Part shown: positions 40,162 through 53,021 of the stretch, in pieces
Position numbering within the stretch: position 1 is the stretch's first letter
Layout of the letters: every line of letters starts with the position of its first letter
Assembly (NCBI RefSeq): GCF_001194135.2
Contig: NC_068983.1
Coordinates: 102,026,312 to 102,090,311 of the forward strand
Source of the DNA: Octopus bimaculoides
Lineage: Eukaryota
Direction of reading: 5' to 3'
Length of the DNA stretch: 64,000 nt
Program-made: the position numbers and the translations under genes
The notes under the pieces: generated by a model
The model's input: the letters and a program-made list of their open reading frames with translations, nothing else
Databases searched by the model: none
Told to the model about the DNA's origin: nothing

Positions 40162-41372
40162 TGTAGTGAAACTACCTATCGTCACTAGATACAAAACTAC
40201 CTATCGCCATTAGATACAAAACTGCTATCGCCATTCTTCTCATTTAAATATAAATAAACGCGGGTGTAGTAGAGAACCCATTCCTTGTCATCACGTGACT
40301 GATTATTATTCGAAGCGGCAACTTCTTCGAACCGTTCCCGCCAGAACGCAAACTGACCAATCACAGTCCCTAATAAGGTCACGTGATAGAGTATTAAACT
40401 GAAGCCATCGGGAGCCTATAGTTTGTTATAAATAGCTTTAACTCGGCAGCCAAATTTGTCTCGGTCCAGTTTCTCTTTGAGATCTGTTCCGTGTACCACN
40501 NNNNNNNNNNNNNNNNNNNNNNNNNNNNNNNNNNNNNNNNNNNNNNNNNNNNNNNNNNNNNNNNNNNNNNNNNNNNNNNNNNNNNNNNNNNNNNNNNNNN
40601 NNNNNNNNNNNNNNNNNNNNNNNNNNNNNNNNNNNNNNNNNNNNNNNNNNNNNNNNNNNNNNNNNNNNNNNNNNNNNNNNNNNNNNNNNNNNNNNNNNNN
40701 NNNNNNNNNNNNNNNNNNNNNNNNNNNNNNNNNNNNNNNNNNNNNNNNNNNNNNNNNNNCCAGCATCATCGTCATGACCAACACGATTACTACCAAGCAG
40801 CCTCTACACCACCAGCGTCAACACGACTTACTATGTACACCAAACCAAACCTCCGCGGCACATCTCTCTCTTCGATTCTGTTAGGTGACTCAGCTTCACC
40901 ACGATAAATAAACAGACAAGAGTTCTCAGCCAGCGACGAACATCTGTATAACAAGAATCACGGCCCGGCATCGATGCCACGACATCACAACTAGTGATCA
41001 GCTCTGCCACTCTCAGCCTCCCCTCACTTCACATACAGACTCATACTATTGGGCACACAAGAACTGGTATAAGATTGCTCACGTGTTATTGACTCTCTTT
41101 CTATCTGCTGTAATATTTCACATACACACACATGTATCACTCACATACATACTTTTCTTTGTACGACGGCCTGTCTTTGATTATGTTCTTATATGTCGCA
41201 TTCACACTCTCACACAGAAATACATCTTTAACGCTACAATAAATATTTCTGTTATTCATCTTATACGGTTGTGGTCTTTCATTACTGGTCATCTATGTTA
41301 TCGTCGCATAACATATCATGTATATCATCATTGATATGTATATTTGTGTTCGACCGTGTGACACGTTTAAAT
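40162..41372 (+). mobile_element. Solo-LTR-like element, copy 1 (interrupted by gap 40500-40759; 3' end lost in gap 41373-41493)
   Basis: Starts TGTAGTG; CCAAT 40357, CACGTG 40380, TATAAATA 40427, AATAAA ~41238; colinear with 58432-59352(-); ~25-bp tandem repeat at 40171-40232. Confidence 0.6.
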
Positions 41373-41645
41373 NNNNNNNNNNNNNNNNNNNNNNNNNNNN
41401 NNNNNNNNNNNNNNNNNNNNNNNNNNNNNNNNNNNNNNNNNNNNNNNNNNNNNNNNNNNNNNNNNNNNNNNNNNNNNNNNNNNNNNNNNNNNNATATATA
41501 TATATATATATATAGATATATATATATACACACACACTCATAATATATAATATATAGTTGGAATTTACAAAAAAAACAGAAGACGAAGACGGGCGTGTAA
41601 ACAACAAACAGATGTATTAGTTTAATGCTCGGGAAGTGAGAAAGT

Positions 41646-41681
41646 CTTTTACGTTTCGAGCCTACACTCTTCAACAGAAAG
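41646..41681 (-). ncRNA. Minimal hammerhead-like motif with variant core, inside a PLE-like repeat (~41555-41990)
   Basis: CUUU|CUGUUGA-A|GAGU GUAG GCUC|GAAAC GUA^|AAAG. Confidence 0.55.
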
Positions 41682-43784
41682 GAACATAGAAATAAGCATC
41701 GAGAGAAAATAAAAAAAGGTTTAGTGTCTAGTGATCAATCATGGCAAATGCTGGACAGAGGTGGTCAGACAGGAGAGCTAGGAAGAAGGGGAGATAAAAA
41801 AAAAATTGTGGTGATCCCAAAATGAAGGTGCGCGTGCGTATGCATGTATGTGCATGTGGATAGGGGCTGGTGACCTTGACGTGCATGTGTAGGTGTGTGG
41901 AAGATGGTGTGGGTGCTGATGCAATCAGATTTTGAGCAAAACCATCAATTGCTTGATTATCCTCTTAAAGTAGCACAGATGTGGCAACACTCTTGCTGCA
42001 GGTGTTTAGAGAGTTACCACCTATGCTGACACATGCCTTCATTCCATCGTATAGATGTGTATGCAAAACCATTATTATTATCCTCACCACTACTACAACT
42101 GCAGCCAGTACCACCACCAACAACAACAACACAATATTGAACCAACAAAAGAACCTCTGTATGGTTGCTTGACCTGCAAGAAACACCAGCCAAATCTCCT
42201 CGAAATCATATTGTACTGTCTATAAAAGAAAAGGACACATTGGATAATGTAGTCCTAGATGTATTATGCTTAATCAAGACCAAACTAGTGCTAAGCAACA
42301 GCAACATCACCACCAGCACCATAATTACTATTATCATTAGGCGAGGAGCTTGCGACGACGATGGCGGCGGCGGAACAGCGCGTGACTGCCGAAGCCCGTC
42401 TTCTGCGGTTTCGTTCTTCACTAACAACCTCCCACCATGACCACTATTATCAACCTCCCAACCACTTCCATCATCATCCCAGTCACCATTTGTTTATAGC
42501 TTGTTGATGCAATCCTAATCTTGAAATGGGGAAAAAAAATGTATCTACTCTCAATGTTGGAGCTATCCAGGTTAATCTTGGTAATCATCAGTCAGTTAAT
42601 ACAACACACCAAACACACTCAATACTGTATGCTTGAACACAGAAGTAGAAGTAGACCAATTAATCAACAATATCAAGAGACATTTCAATTTTTCTTCACA
42701 TTTAATTGGAAAGCTTAGGCTACAGAGCAAGTTAGCTTTGTTTGTCATAGGTAGGAAAAGCCCAAACATTCATACACAAACAATACACACAGAAAAACAC
42801 AACATACAAACACAAGACGTACACAAAACAACACACACACACACACACACTCACACACACACTCACACACACAATACACATACTACATCGATATACACAA
42901 ATCTAACACTGAAAATCTATGATGGATTCAACAATAAAACCCTCTCACACAAACCATTCTTAGGACCAATCATCATCACCATCATTTAGTGGTTATTTTC
43001 TATGCTGGTATGGGTAAGACAGTTTAGCTGGAGCTGCATCCAGGCTGCAGTCTGTTTTTGCCTTGGTTTCTATAGCTGGATGCCCTTCCTAATGCCAACC
43101 ACTCCACAGAGTGTATTGGGTGTCTTTTATGTGTTACCAGCATGGGTGCCTTTTATGTGTCACTAGCATGGGTATTTTTCAGTAAGACTTTCAATTCCAT
43201 TCCCTCCTATTCACTCACATGAAAAAAAATATTCAGTGCTGCTTGAATAAAAGATGCAAAATGCTAGTTAGAAATCTACACTACAAGAACAACCTTTACA
43301 GAACATGACTCTTCAGTGATGTACTGTCTTTTCACTCACACTTTTTAACCTATAACTATACATACAACACAAGCACACAAAAGACAAAAACACTGAGCAT
43401 ACAACTGTATACAAATCCTGAACAACACTAACAACAAATGGTTGACATGTAGCAATGTCTTTCATGTGTGAGAATACATATGTACATGTGTGCACATATT
43501 TATGTATATATGTATGTACATATGTGAAACTTGTGTGCATGTATGTAATTCAAAGAGCATGAGGTTGTTTGATTAGAGTTTTAAAATGTTAGATCTCACA
43601 GATGAGGTAACCCAATATTCTATCTGTATCCTTCTAGATGCTCTGCTGTAAAACAAGCCATGCTATGACAATATAAAATAAATGAATAAAGAAACAAAAC
43701 AATGTTGAACCAATAAGAACAGTGAAAAATGTTACATCTCTGCATTGAAATCAGTTTTGACAGGAATTATCATTTGTCTATATC

Positions 43785-44170
43785 TGTTGTTGTTGTTGGC
43801 ACTCCGTCGCTTATGACGTCGAGGGTTCCAGTTGATCCGATCAACAGAACAGCCTGCTCATGAAACTAACGTGCAAGTGGCTGAGCACTCCACAGACACG
43901 TGTACCCTTAACGTAGTTCTCGGGGATATTCAGTGTGACACAGTGTGACAAGGCTGACCCTTTGAATTACAGGTACAACAGAAACAGGAAGTAAGAGTGA
44001 GAGAAAGCTGTGGAAGAGTACAGCAGGGTTTGCCACCATCCCCTGCCGGAGCCTTGTGGAGCTTTAGGTGTTTTCACTCAATAAACACTCACAATGCCCG
44101 GTCTGGGAATCGAAACCGCAATCCTATGACCGCGAGTCCGCTGCCCTAACCACTGGGCCATTGCACCTCC
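43785..44170 (-). mobile_element. tRNA-derived SINE family C, full-length, with (ACA)n tail and 7-bp TSD
   Basis: TSD tctatat at 43777-43783 and 44171-44177. Confidence 0.9.
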
Positions 44171-47100
44171 TCTATATTTGTAACTGAGAACAATTGACAG
44201 GTGGTCTGTTTCTTAATTGGTCATAGACATTGATTCATGTGATATTGAGGAAGATGAAACTAATAAAAGATTTGGAGGGAATATTCTCACCAGAAATATT
44301 GGGTAATAAAATATAATAAACTATTACATTTGATATAACCAGGGATCATATAATGTATCATATGTTAAATTATCCAAAGCTATACCAGATGTAATGGTTT
44401 CATGTGATTAAGAATTTTAATTTGTTATCACAGCATGGTACCTTGACAAAGTATTCTTTACCATAGTTTCGGACTGACTCCAGCCTTATGCATAAAATTA
44501 ACTAGAAAAAGTCTGTATGGAAGTTCACTGGATGAAATACACACAGGTCCAGCTCTGTTACACAGTGTCATACTGAATATGCCTAAGAATTATGTTGTAG
44601 TGAGAACTAGAATTGAACCTAACATATTTTAGTTACCAAGTCAATGGGCATGAATTGATCACACATTCTAATTATCAAACCAATCAGCTCACAACTACAT
44701 CATGACTGTAATCTCAAACATCTTTGAGATATGCATACATTTCTCTAGTTATAAGTAATTTCACACCAAGAACAAACAGCAGAGATATAAGAGAGTGCTG
44801 GAGAACAGTCACTTCTTGTCAAGCAAACCAGAACAATCAGAGATATGTGAGGATCATCAGAAAACACCCACCTCATCTTTCATCACCCAGCAACACCATG
44901 TTTTCATTAGTTGAATCCAGCTTGAAATAAAAAGGAATTCTTCTTCATATTTGCAAGCCAACTCTTTCTAGAATCTCAAACCTAATTAGTCATTGTTATA
45001 CTTTATTCCAATTCCTACATGCTCTAATAGCAGTTATTAGAAGTTTAATTCAATTGCTCTCTTGTGCAATAAATCTTACAATTTAAATATATTATATCAT
45101 GTTCGTGTCTGTTTAACATGCCACTCAGCTTACACCAATAAGTACCAACACATATAAGGGTACAAATGTCTGTGGTATACTCAGTCATTTTTCACTATAA
45201 TTTAATAAATAGGTAGCTCTGTTGATTGAAAAGCAGAAAGTCATTCAAGAGAATCGATGAGGGAAGGAGGAGAAAAGAAGAGAGAAGAGAAATGGGGAGA
45301 AAGAAAGGAAGAGAATCCATCAGTATGTGTCAAGAAACCATTGTCATTAATTTAACATTACTTTTTAACTTAGATGGAACACATCTGCAGTAAGGCGTAT
45401 CACTCCTACTGTCAATACTTTTATCTAGTCTGTAAGGCAAAGTGTCTTCAAATCCAACCTTACTGCTCCTTCTTGTCTTCTGCCATAGTCAATTAATGTC
45501 ACTTTTAAGAATATTTCTTAAAAATAGTTGAGTGGTCACAACATGCTCAAATATAAGAGATGAAGGGTAACAGTAAGTCTATTTCTTGGGTTTCAGAGCA
45601 ATAGAAGACTTGGTACTATTACAACTTTCCATCTAATGCTGCAGATTCCAATCAAAAATAAACTCTGATAGTTCATGAAATATGTACTAGTTTATCAATC
45701 AAAAAGTTTTATTTTAATAGTGTTTTGCAACAGGTCCTAGTAACTGAATAGTAAATTTGCAGGAAAGTACAGTTGATGTTGTAATAGTTTGTGTGTGATG
45801 TTGACAAGAGTGAGAACATAATTAATAAATCATTCATTGCAAAGCTTATAATTTATGGAAAGCTATTTTTTTCCCCCAAATATATTGTCTTCCTATAAAA
45901 TAGTTTAAGGCTTGAATCCAAGAGTTTCTGTTATCAAACATCATGTTTCTTGAATTATTTATTAATCATTCTTTATACTGATATTCTACTTGTATTATTA
46001 TTAAAATATATTTTAAAATCCATAAGCCTAACACCAAGTAATTCTGCATAAAATATACCTCTGCCTGAGGTAGGAACAGCCCAGCTTGTGTATAGAAATA
46101 CCACAAACATGGTTCCTGGTGATGAACAGAGAACAAACTGTTTGAAGTAATAGCGGAGTCTATGTAGGAGCTTTAGAAAAGTCTTGAAGCATAGATGACT
46201 GTTTCTGAGTTGGAGGTCAGAGTGGATAACAGTATCTGAAATTTATTGTGCTGAAGATGACAAGGAGAATAAATTATCAGGCAGATAGATAATGGACTAA
46301 AGGACTAACATTTTATATATATATGTGTATTACATGGATGACCAAGAACTGACAAACCTGGATCACTAGAAGCAGTGGATACTATGAGATTTTTAATTTA
46401 TATTAGTGAAGAATATTGAAGATTCTGACATCATGATATCAAAGGGTTTAAGATAGAGGAAGGAAGTTCAATAAAGAATTGCCACCTTAGATGATGACAA
46501 TGAAATCGTGTAGCTACTCAAAAGAAATCAATTGTATTCATAATCCATCCTTAGTGCAAAGATTATTATGTATCATAAGCATAACATGAAATACAGTCTA
46601 GTAACATATGGAAAGTAAAGACTGTGGATTGAAAGTGTAAGACGAAAGAGTTAAACATTAATCAATGGATGATGTGCAGTATAAATCTGATCAACTGAAT
46701 GCAGGTATGTTGGAAAAGCAATTGAGTAGTAAAGGAATATCAATACTTTTGATATCCAGCTGAATTGAGATAGCTAAGAAAGCAATTAAATATGCATGTG
46801 CAAAGGATACATCGTAGGACTGGAATATATAAGAAAAATTGTAGAGAATCGTAGGTGGATGATATAAAGTTTTCAGTGTGTGTATTAGTGTAGAATCTTA
46901 GGATTTTATTGATTCATTAACTTTGAAAATAAACTGAAAATAAAAATGATTCACTGAGGTTGACGTAAGCATTCAAAAGACTGGGCTAGTTTACGGACAA
47001 ATGCAAGTTGTCAATGCTCTTGATTAGAGCTATTTTCAAATCTTTGAATGATTACTTGACTATAAAGAAACTAGAGAATAAAAGAATGGCTTATCATCCA

Positions 47101-48949
47101 CGAATAATGCTTTCCAAACGTTTGTGTGGGAAGCAGTAATAATTAGCATGCGTGTATTGGATGTGTACAGTATAAGAAAGAATATTGAAATTCGAGTTTC
47201 AGCAAATAAGATAATAAAATCAATGTTTCTCATATCAAAAGCTTTCTTCACATTTTGGGACTTATCTTCATAAGAATCTCCCATTTGGAATAAATTGATG
47301 TGTAAGAAAATTCTTCAAATATAAACAGTGAATATTTTAACTTTATTTCTTCAGATCTGAGGTTCACGACTTTCAATCAAGATATTCCACCAGAGATCGT
47401 TTATCTTTAAAATGTTTATTGGGTTGTTTTACACAGTCACTTTCTTTTTAACCCAAAAGCACAACATTTGCTATCCTTTAAAAATTTCTATTTAACAGTG
47501 AGCGAATAGCTATCAGGCACTTTTTGTACAAAGCAAAGACGGCTGATTGATTGTTGCTTTAGGATATCCGTTTTGGACATACATATTTAATGTTTGGGGC
47601 CATTAGTTTTCCTGTTTAAAGATGTGTAGAGTAAAAGTATGTATATTTCGTAACCGTACAAGACTATGTACACCGATATTTGGAACTTCATACCAGCGTG
47701 GGTTGCGATTGGAGTAAGACGCGCTATATTTTATTAAAATTATTTTCTTCCGAAATTTTGCGCCCAGGATAAACGCTTCTATGGTCCCATCCAAGCTACG
47801 CCACTACTTCGTACAGTGTTTATAAAGTTTCATGTGATTGATTATAAAGCTTCACTTCGTAAACTGGTTTCCAACATGATTTCACGCGAACATCGCAATA
47901 CTTCCAAACACCATCACTTAACATTAAACAAATTTAATATATCAAACGTAAGAGCGCCAAATAAACTGGAACATATTTTGTGACCATGTCCTATGCATAT
48001 TTCCAGTTGCCAAATTGATAGGGATTTACTTTAGATAGAATAAATAAATACATGACTTTACATAAATTGCTCGCTTTATAATTAGCACCGACAGCTAGTT
48101 TCGAATAAATGTTTCTTACAAAATGAATGTTTCTTACAACAATGAGCTATTATTATGAGAAAATAAAAAGGTGGCGAAGTGGCAGAGTCGCTAGAGCGTC
48201 GGAAAAAAACCTCTTGAGGTTTTTAAGGCGACGAGCTGGTAGAATCGTTACCGCGCCAAACAAAATGCTTTGCGGTATTTCTTCCGGCTCTTTACGTTCC
48301 GAGTTTCAATACCGCCGAGGTTGACCGCCCTTCATCCTTTCGGAGTTGATAAAGTATAGAGTTTAGTACCGGGGCCGATGTAATCGACTAGCTCCCTCCT
48401 CCAAAGTTTCAGGGCCTTGTGCCTGTAGCAAAAAGGATTATGACAAAATAAATAAAAGTCGCAATGTCCATGCCTTTGAAATTGTTTTAAAGAAATGAAT
48501 TTATAATAATTATGATCTTTTATTGGCACAATGCAACAGCAGACGAAGAGACATGTCAGAGACAAGTTATAGAAAAATTGGAAGAGATTGTAAACAAAAA
48601 TCAGATGACTAAATAAGAATATTAGTATACGCACTTTATAAACATCTAATGTGATTCCTAAAGAACGAACATATCAGATATTTGTAAAGTACCACCTAAA
48701 GCCAACAATCAAAATCAAATATAACCTCATAGATTAAGGATTATCCTAACAAGGAAGGACAAGTGCCCTCATTTGACTGTTATCTCCTGTCTACAGGCGC
48801 ATACATAGAGTAAACCCATTCGTGCTACGTTTCTTATTCACATCCACCTTTCGCCAAGTTTACAGAAGAGTAGCACATCTCTTCTCAAGTAGAACTTGTA
48901 AACGTCGATAAGGCCTTGGCCGAAGTGAAAAGTATATGTCTTTCGTTCA

Positions 48950-49700
48950 TTTAGTTGTGTCCACCGCACACTCTTTCACTAAAACGACCAGTCAGGAAAA
49001 CTATTTGTTCTTCGCTGCTAAAACAAAGTGGCGGGGCGATCTTCACAATGGCCGATAGCTGGATCCGTCCTACATGCAACAACAGCTGTTCGACAAAAAT
49101 CGACGAGTCAGCAATACTGGGATGCAGAGCAAACAAAACGGTTTTATGTGCATCTCAAACAAGCCTGGCTGAGAGCACTTTCCTGCCTGAAGTGCTTATC
49201 TCGAGCCGGAAATGTTCACCTTGCTCTATAGCACTGCCAGTCAAGGGATTTCTGGAAGTTATCTATTATCCACCGGAATAGACAAGCCAGTCGAGTCATT
49301 TTGCCATTCAGAGTTTACTCCAAGAACATCATTGTCTGTCCCCTCCACAAGTCCTTTATAGAAAGCTAACATGAAAGTTCCACTAACTGTGTGACCCAAT
49401 GGTATTGGACCGTGAGCGCCCGACAGAATTCCAAACACCAGGTGCCAAGTGTTGGTCTTCGTTTGATCCAGGCGTGTTAAAGTGAAAAATGGGGAAGCAT
49501 GTCAGCCAAAGGCGATGACATTTGCTCTTGCTCACTGTTCAGAAACCTCTATAGATGCCGCAACAACACTTGTCCGTACAATATTAGCCATAGCATATCG
49601 AGTCCTTCCCGAAGAGAATGATGGCAGTAGATGGACCAGTTAATGAGTAAAACCCGTCCTTTCCAAAAGAAGTAATAAAGCAAACGTTCTAATGTGGTTA
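48950..49700 (-). mobile_element. Very decayed Ty3/Gypsy integrase C-terminal relic (tentative)
   Basis: Frameshifted fragments ...LLRHL*...ADMLP...HLVFG...EHFRLEI...LSQACL resemble integrase tail motifs. Confidence 0.35.
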
Positions 49701-50508
49701 AACGAAAGCTGAGACAAGACGCGACGGTTTGGCAGTAATGTAGGATAAGGGATAATACACGATAAAGTGTGCTGTGAATTTAGTTTTATACATGATAAAG
49801 CAGAATCACTTGCTCTATTTTGAATTTTGATATTTTTACATGTACTTCATATTTCTAAAAATAATGAAGCTCATTTCAAACTTTACATTTAACCGTCGTT
49901 TCTATGAATACTAATATCAACGAGTTTATATAAGTACAGNNNNNNNNNNNNNNNNNNNNNNNNNNNNNNNNNNNNNNNNNNNNNNNNNNNNNNNNNNNNN
50001 NNNNNNNNNNNNNNNNNNNNNNNNNNNNNNNNNNNNNNNNNNNNNNNNNNNNNNNNNNNNNNNNNNNNNNNNNNNNNNNNNNNNNNNNNNNNNNNNNNNN
50101 NNNNNNNNNNNNNNNNNNNNNNNNNNNNNNNNNNNNNNNNNNNNNNNNNNNNNNNNNNNNNNNNNNNNNNNNNNNNNNNNNNNNNNNNNNNNNNNNNNNN
50201 NNNNNNNNNNNNNNNNNNNNNNNNNNNNNNNNNNNNNNNNNNNNNNNNNNNNNNNNNNNNNNNNNNNNNNNNNNNNNNNNNNNNNNNNNNNNNNNNNNNN
50301 NNNNNNNNNNNNNNNNNNNNNNNNNNNNNNNNNNNNNNNNNNNNNNNNNNNNNNNNNNNNNNNNNNNNNNNNNNNNNNNNNNNNNNNNNNNNNNNNNNNN
50401 NNNNNNNNNNNNNNNNNNNNNNNATATATATATATATATACATACATACATACACATGTATACACACACGCACGTACACACACACACACAACTCAAATCC
50501 TTAGCCAC

Positions 50509-50706
50509 CTGTCTTGCTATTTCTTCGTGTTTGTTGTCAATATTCTCCTTGTATGCTTGTGCATAACTGAGGTTATGTATGCGACAGTCACTACACAACG
50601 GCATTTCCGTGTCTAGAGAATATAATACTATTATTGCAATTCCTATTAGTATATAAAACTGAACACTGTTGATATCCAATATGGTTATCCACATCACTGC
50701 TTTGAT
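50509..50706 (-). CDS. Candidate 198-nt phase 0-0 exon: hydrophobic TM segment followed by a SEA-domain-like start (type II membrane protein?)
   Basis: Acceptor with pyrimidine tract and CTAAC branch (tttttgctaacgaatgcacttag|ATC) and possible donor CAG|GTGGCT. Open frame IKAVMWITILDINSVQFYILIGIAIIVLYSLDTEMPLCSDCRIHNLSYAQAYKENIDNKHEEIARQ. Homology judged by eye only. Confidence 0.4.
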
Positions 50707-51047
50707 CTAAGTGCATTCGTTAGCAAAAACACAAAGAAAAAGAGGATAAAAACCCATTTATTTATTTATTTATTTATTTCCTAATCCTTTTGTTATTTCG
50801 TCATGTGCTTTTCCATTTTCTAAAATCTCAGATCTTTAACATTTCAAGAGTTACAGCAGCATTCAACAAGAATCGCGCTCGCGCGTACACACAGACACGC
50901 ATGCACGATTAAGCACACCCATACATGCGTACATATATGCATACATACAAACGTATGTATATGTGAATGCGTATACCCAATTTGTGTGTGTATATACACA
51001 CACACACACACACATATATGTATACGCACATATGTGTGTATATGTAA

Positions 51048-51084
<37 letters not shown>

Positions 51085-51186
51085 CGTATTTGGTGCGCAT
51101 ATATGTTTGAGCTTGTTTCATATATATACATACACATATATACATATAGATAGATAAATAGAGAGAGAGAGGGGGCGAGACTAGAT

Positions 51187-51231
<45 letters not shown>

Positions 51232-53021
51232 GTGTGTAAGTATGCATTCCTGTGTGCATATATACGTACATATTTTTACATTCCTTCGCTATCTGTTGCA
51301 GCTCAGAGATGTATATAAATAAAAGTGCAACACAATGTATGTTTTTTTAATGTGTGTTAAGCATCAGTTTATTCCTGGAAGTTAACTGGACATGTAAAAA
51401 GATATGGAGAATGAGAGAAAGAAAACTACAGGGAAAGCGAAAATAAAAGACGTCGCTTTCTATCAACTGTTATCAACATGTAAAACAATATCAAGAAACA
51501 ACAACAAATTCAACAGCAGCAGCAGCTGCAGCCACAACAACAGTAGCAGCAATCATAAAATGGACATCAAGTTTAAGAAAGGTGTTTACATACTCAATAT
51601 AGGCCAGCTAGCCAACTGACTTAGTTCTACAGCCACTTGGGCATCGCAGCGGAATTCATCCAAGCGATCAGTCCGTGTAGACATGATTCGGGCGGCACTA
51701 GTGGCCATCCAATTGATCTCTGCTTCATACAGACAAATGAGTGAACCGATTGCCTGGCTCCTTTTGTCGATAATGAAAGTGATGTTAATGATAGTGATAG
51801 TGGTGGTGGTAGTCCGTCAGTAGCTAGGCTTTGCAGTCAAATAGCTTCAGTCCATGCAACACATCAAAATCCTTTCTCTTCCGCTGCAAATACCAGAACT
51901 GAAAATGTATAAGTCGGGCGCGTGTGTGTGTGTGTGTGTGTACGCGCACAAGCTGTAGTGGACACAGTGAGATGGTGTTGACGTTGTTGATATCAATGGA
52001 TGAATCGTATAGTTGGTTGAAGGTGTTTAACGTCCAGCTCTCTGGTGATCAGACACTTCTGTTTATATTTCGTTATTATTCAGCCTACGTAAAGAGAATA
52101 GGAAGCATAATATCCACCTGTCTGTGTTTCCCAATACATCTTTCATTCCCTCTTCCTTTCTCTGTCTGATTTTCACTCCCTCGTTTCTCCTTTCTCTTCC
52201 TGTATCAAACTGTCTTCATACCCTCCCACTCTGTCACTTCTTTTTCCATTCTATTCTCTCACTTTCTCTCTTTTTTCTGCACGTCTTTTTATTCTCCCCT
52301 CTTCTTTTCTCCATTCTGTTTTAGAGATCACTCCATCTCCTTTTTTTAATCACCTCTACCCCTCCCCCCCCCCAGTTTTCTCTCTTTGAACTATTTTCAC
52401 TTTCTTCTCTCACTTTCACGCTTTATTTATTTCCTCTCTCTTACCCTCACATTTTGTTCCTTCTACCCCTCTTAATCATTCTCTCTCGTCGTTTCTGTTC
52501 TTTCTCTTTTTCCTCTTTTCTGTTTTCTTTCTTCTCCATCACGTAGCTTACTTTTCTACTTTCTCCCCACCCTCCTCTCTCTCTCTCATATACACATCCA
52601 CTCTTTCCCTCCCACACACACTATTATAAAGCAAACGAAATGGCAGCACGGATTTATCTGTACACATGTAAAGTAAATATACACATAAGTTCACCAGACT
52701 GTTTTTGTTGTAGTTGTCTTATGCATATTTAACCTTCTTACTGTCTCATTACTAAATCTCCTTAAATCGCTATTAATTAGTAATTTGAACGCAAACATAC
52801 ATGGCCACATTTATTAAACAGAGTTTGCTGAGTGTTGATAAGTACAATAAGCATAATAAGTGGAAAATCTAACGTTTTGGTTTTTTGTCTTTCACCAAAA
52901 AGTAGTATGGCTGTAGGCAAGGAATGATCAACAACTTCGTTTTCCTATTTCTGTTGAATGTCAAGATCCTGAAATGCTAAACTACTCACTATGGTCATTT
53001 TACATTCCACAAACTCTCTTT

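Noticed and set aside
51633-51911. Plus-strand frame of ~90 codons interrupted by one TGA (selenocysteine/readthrough idea), and a minus-strand MATSAARIMST... mini-ORF
   Set aside because: No recognisable homology, no SECIS visible, no start context; could be UTR or lncRNA.
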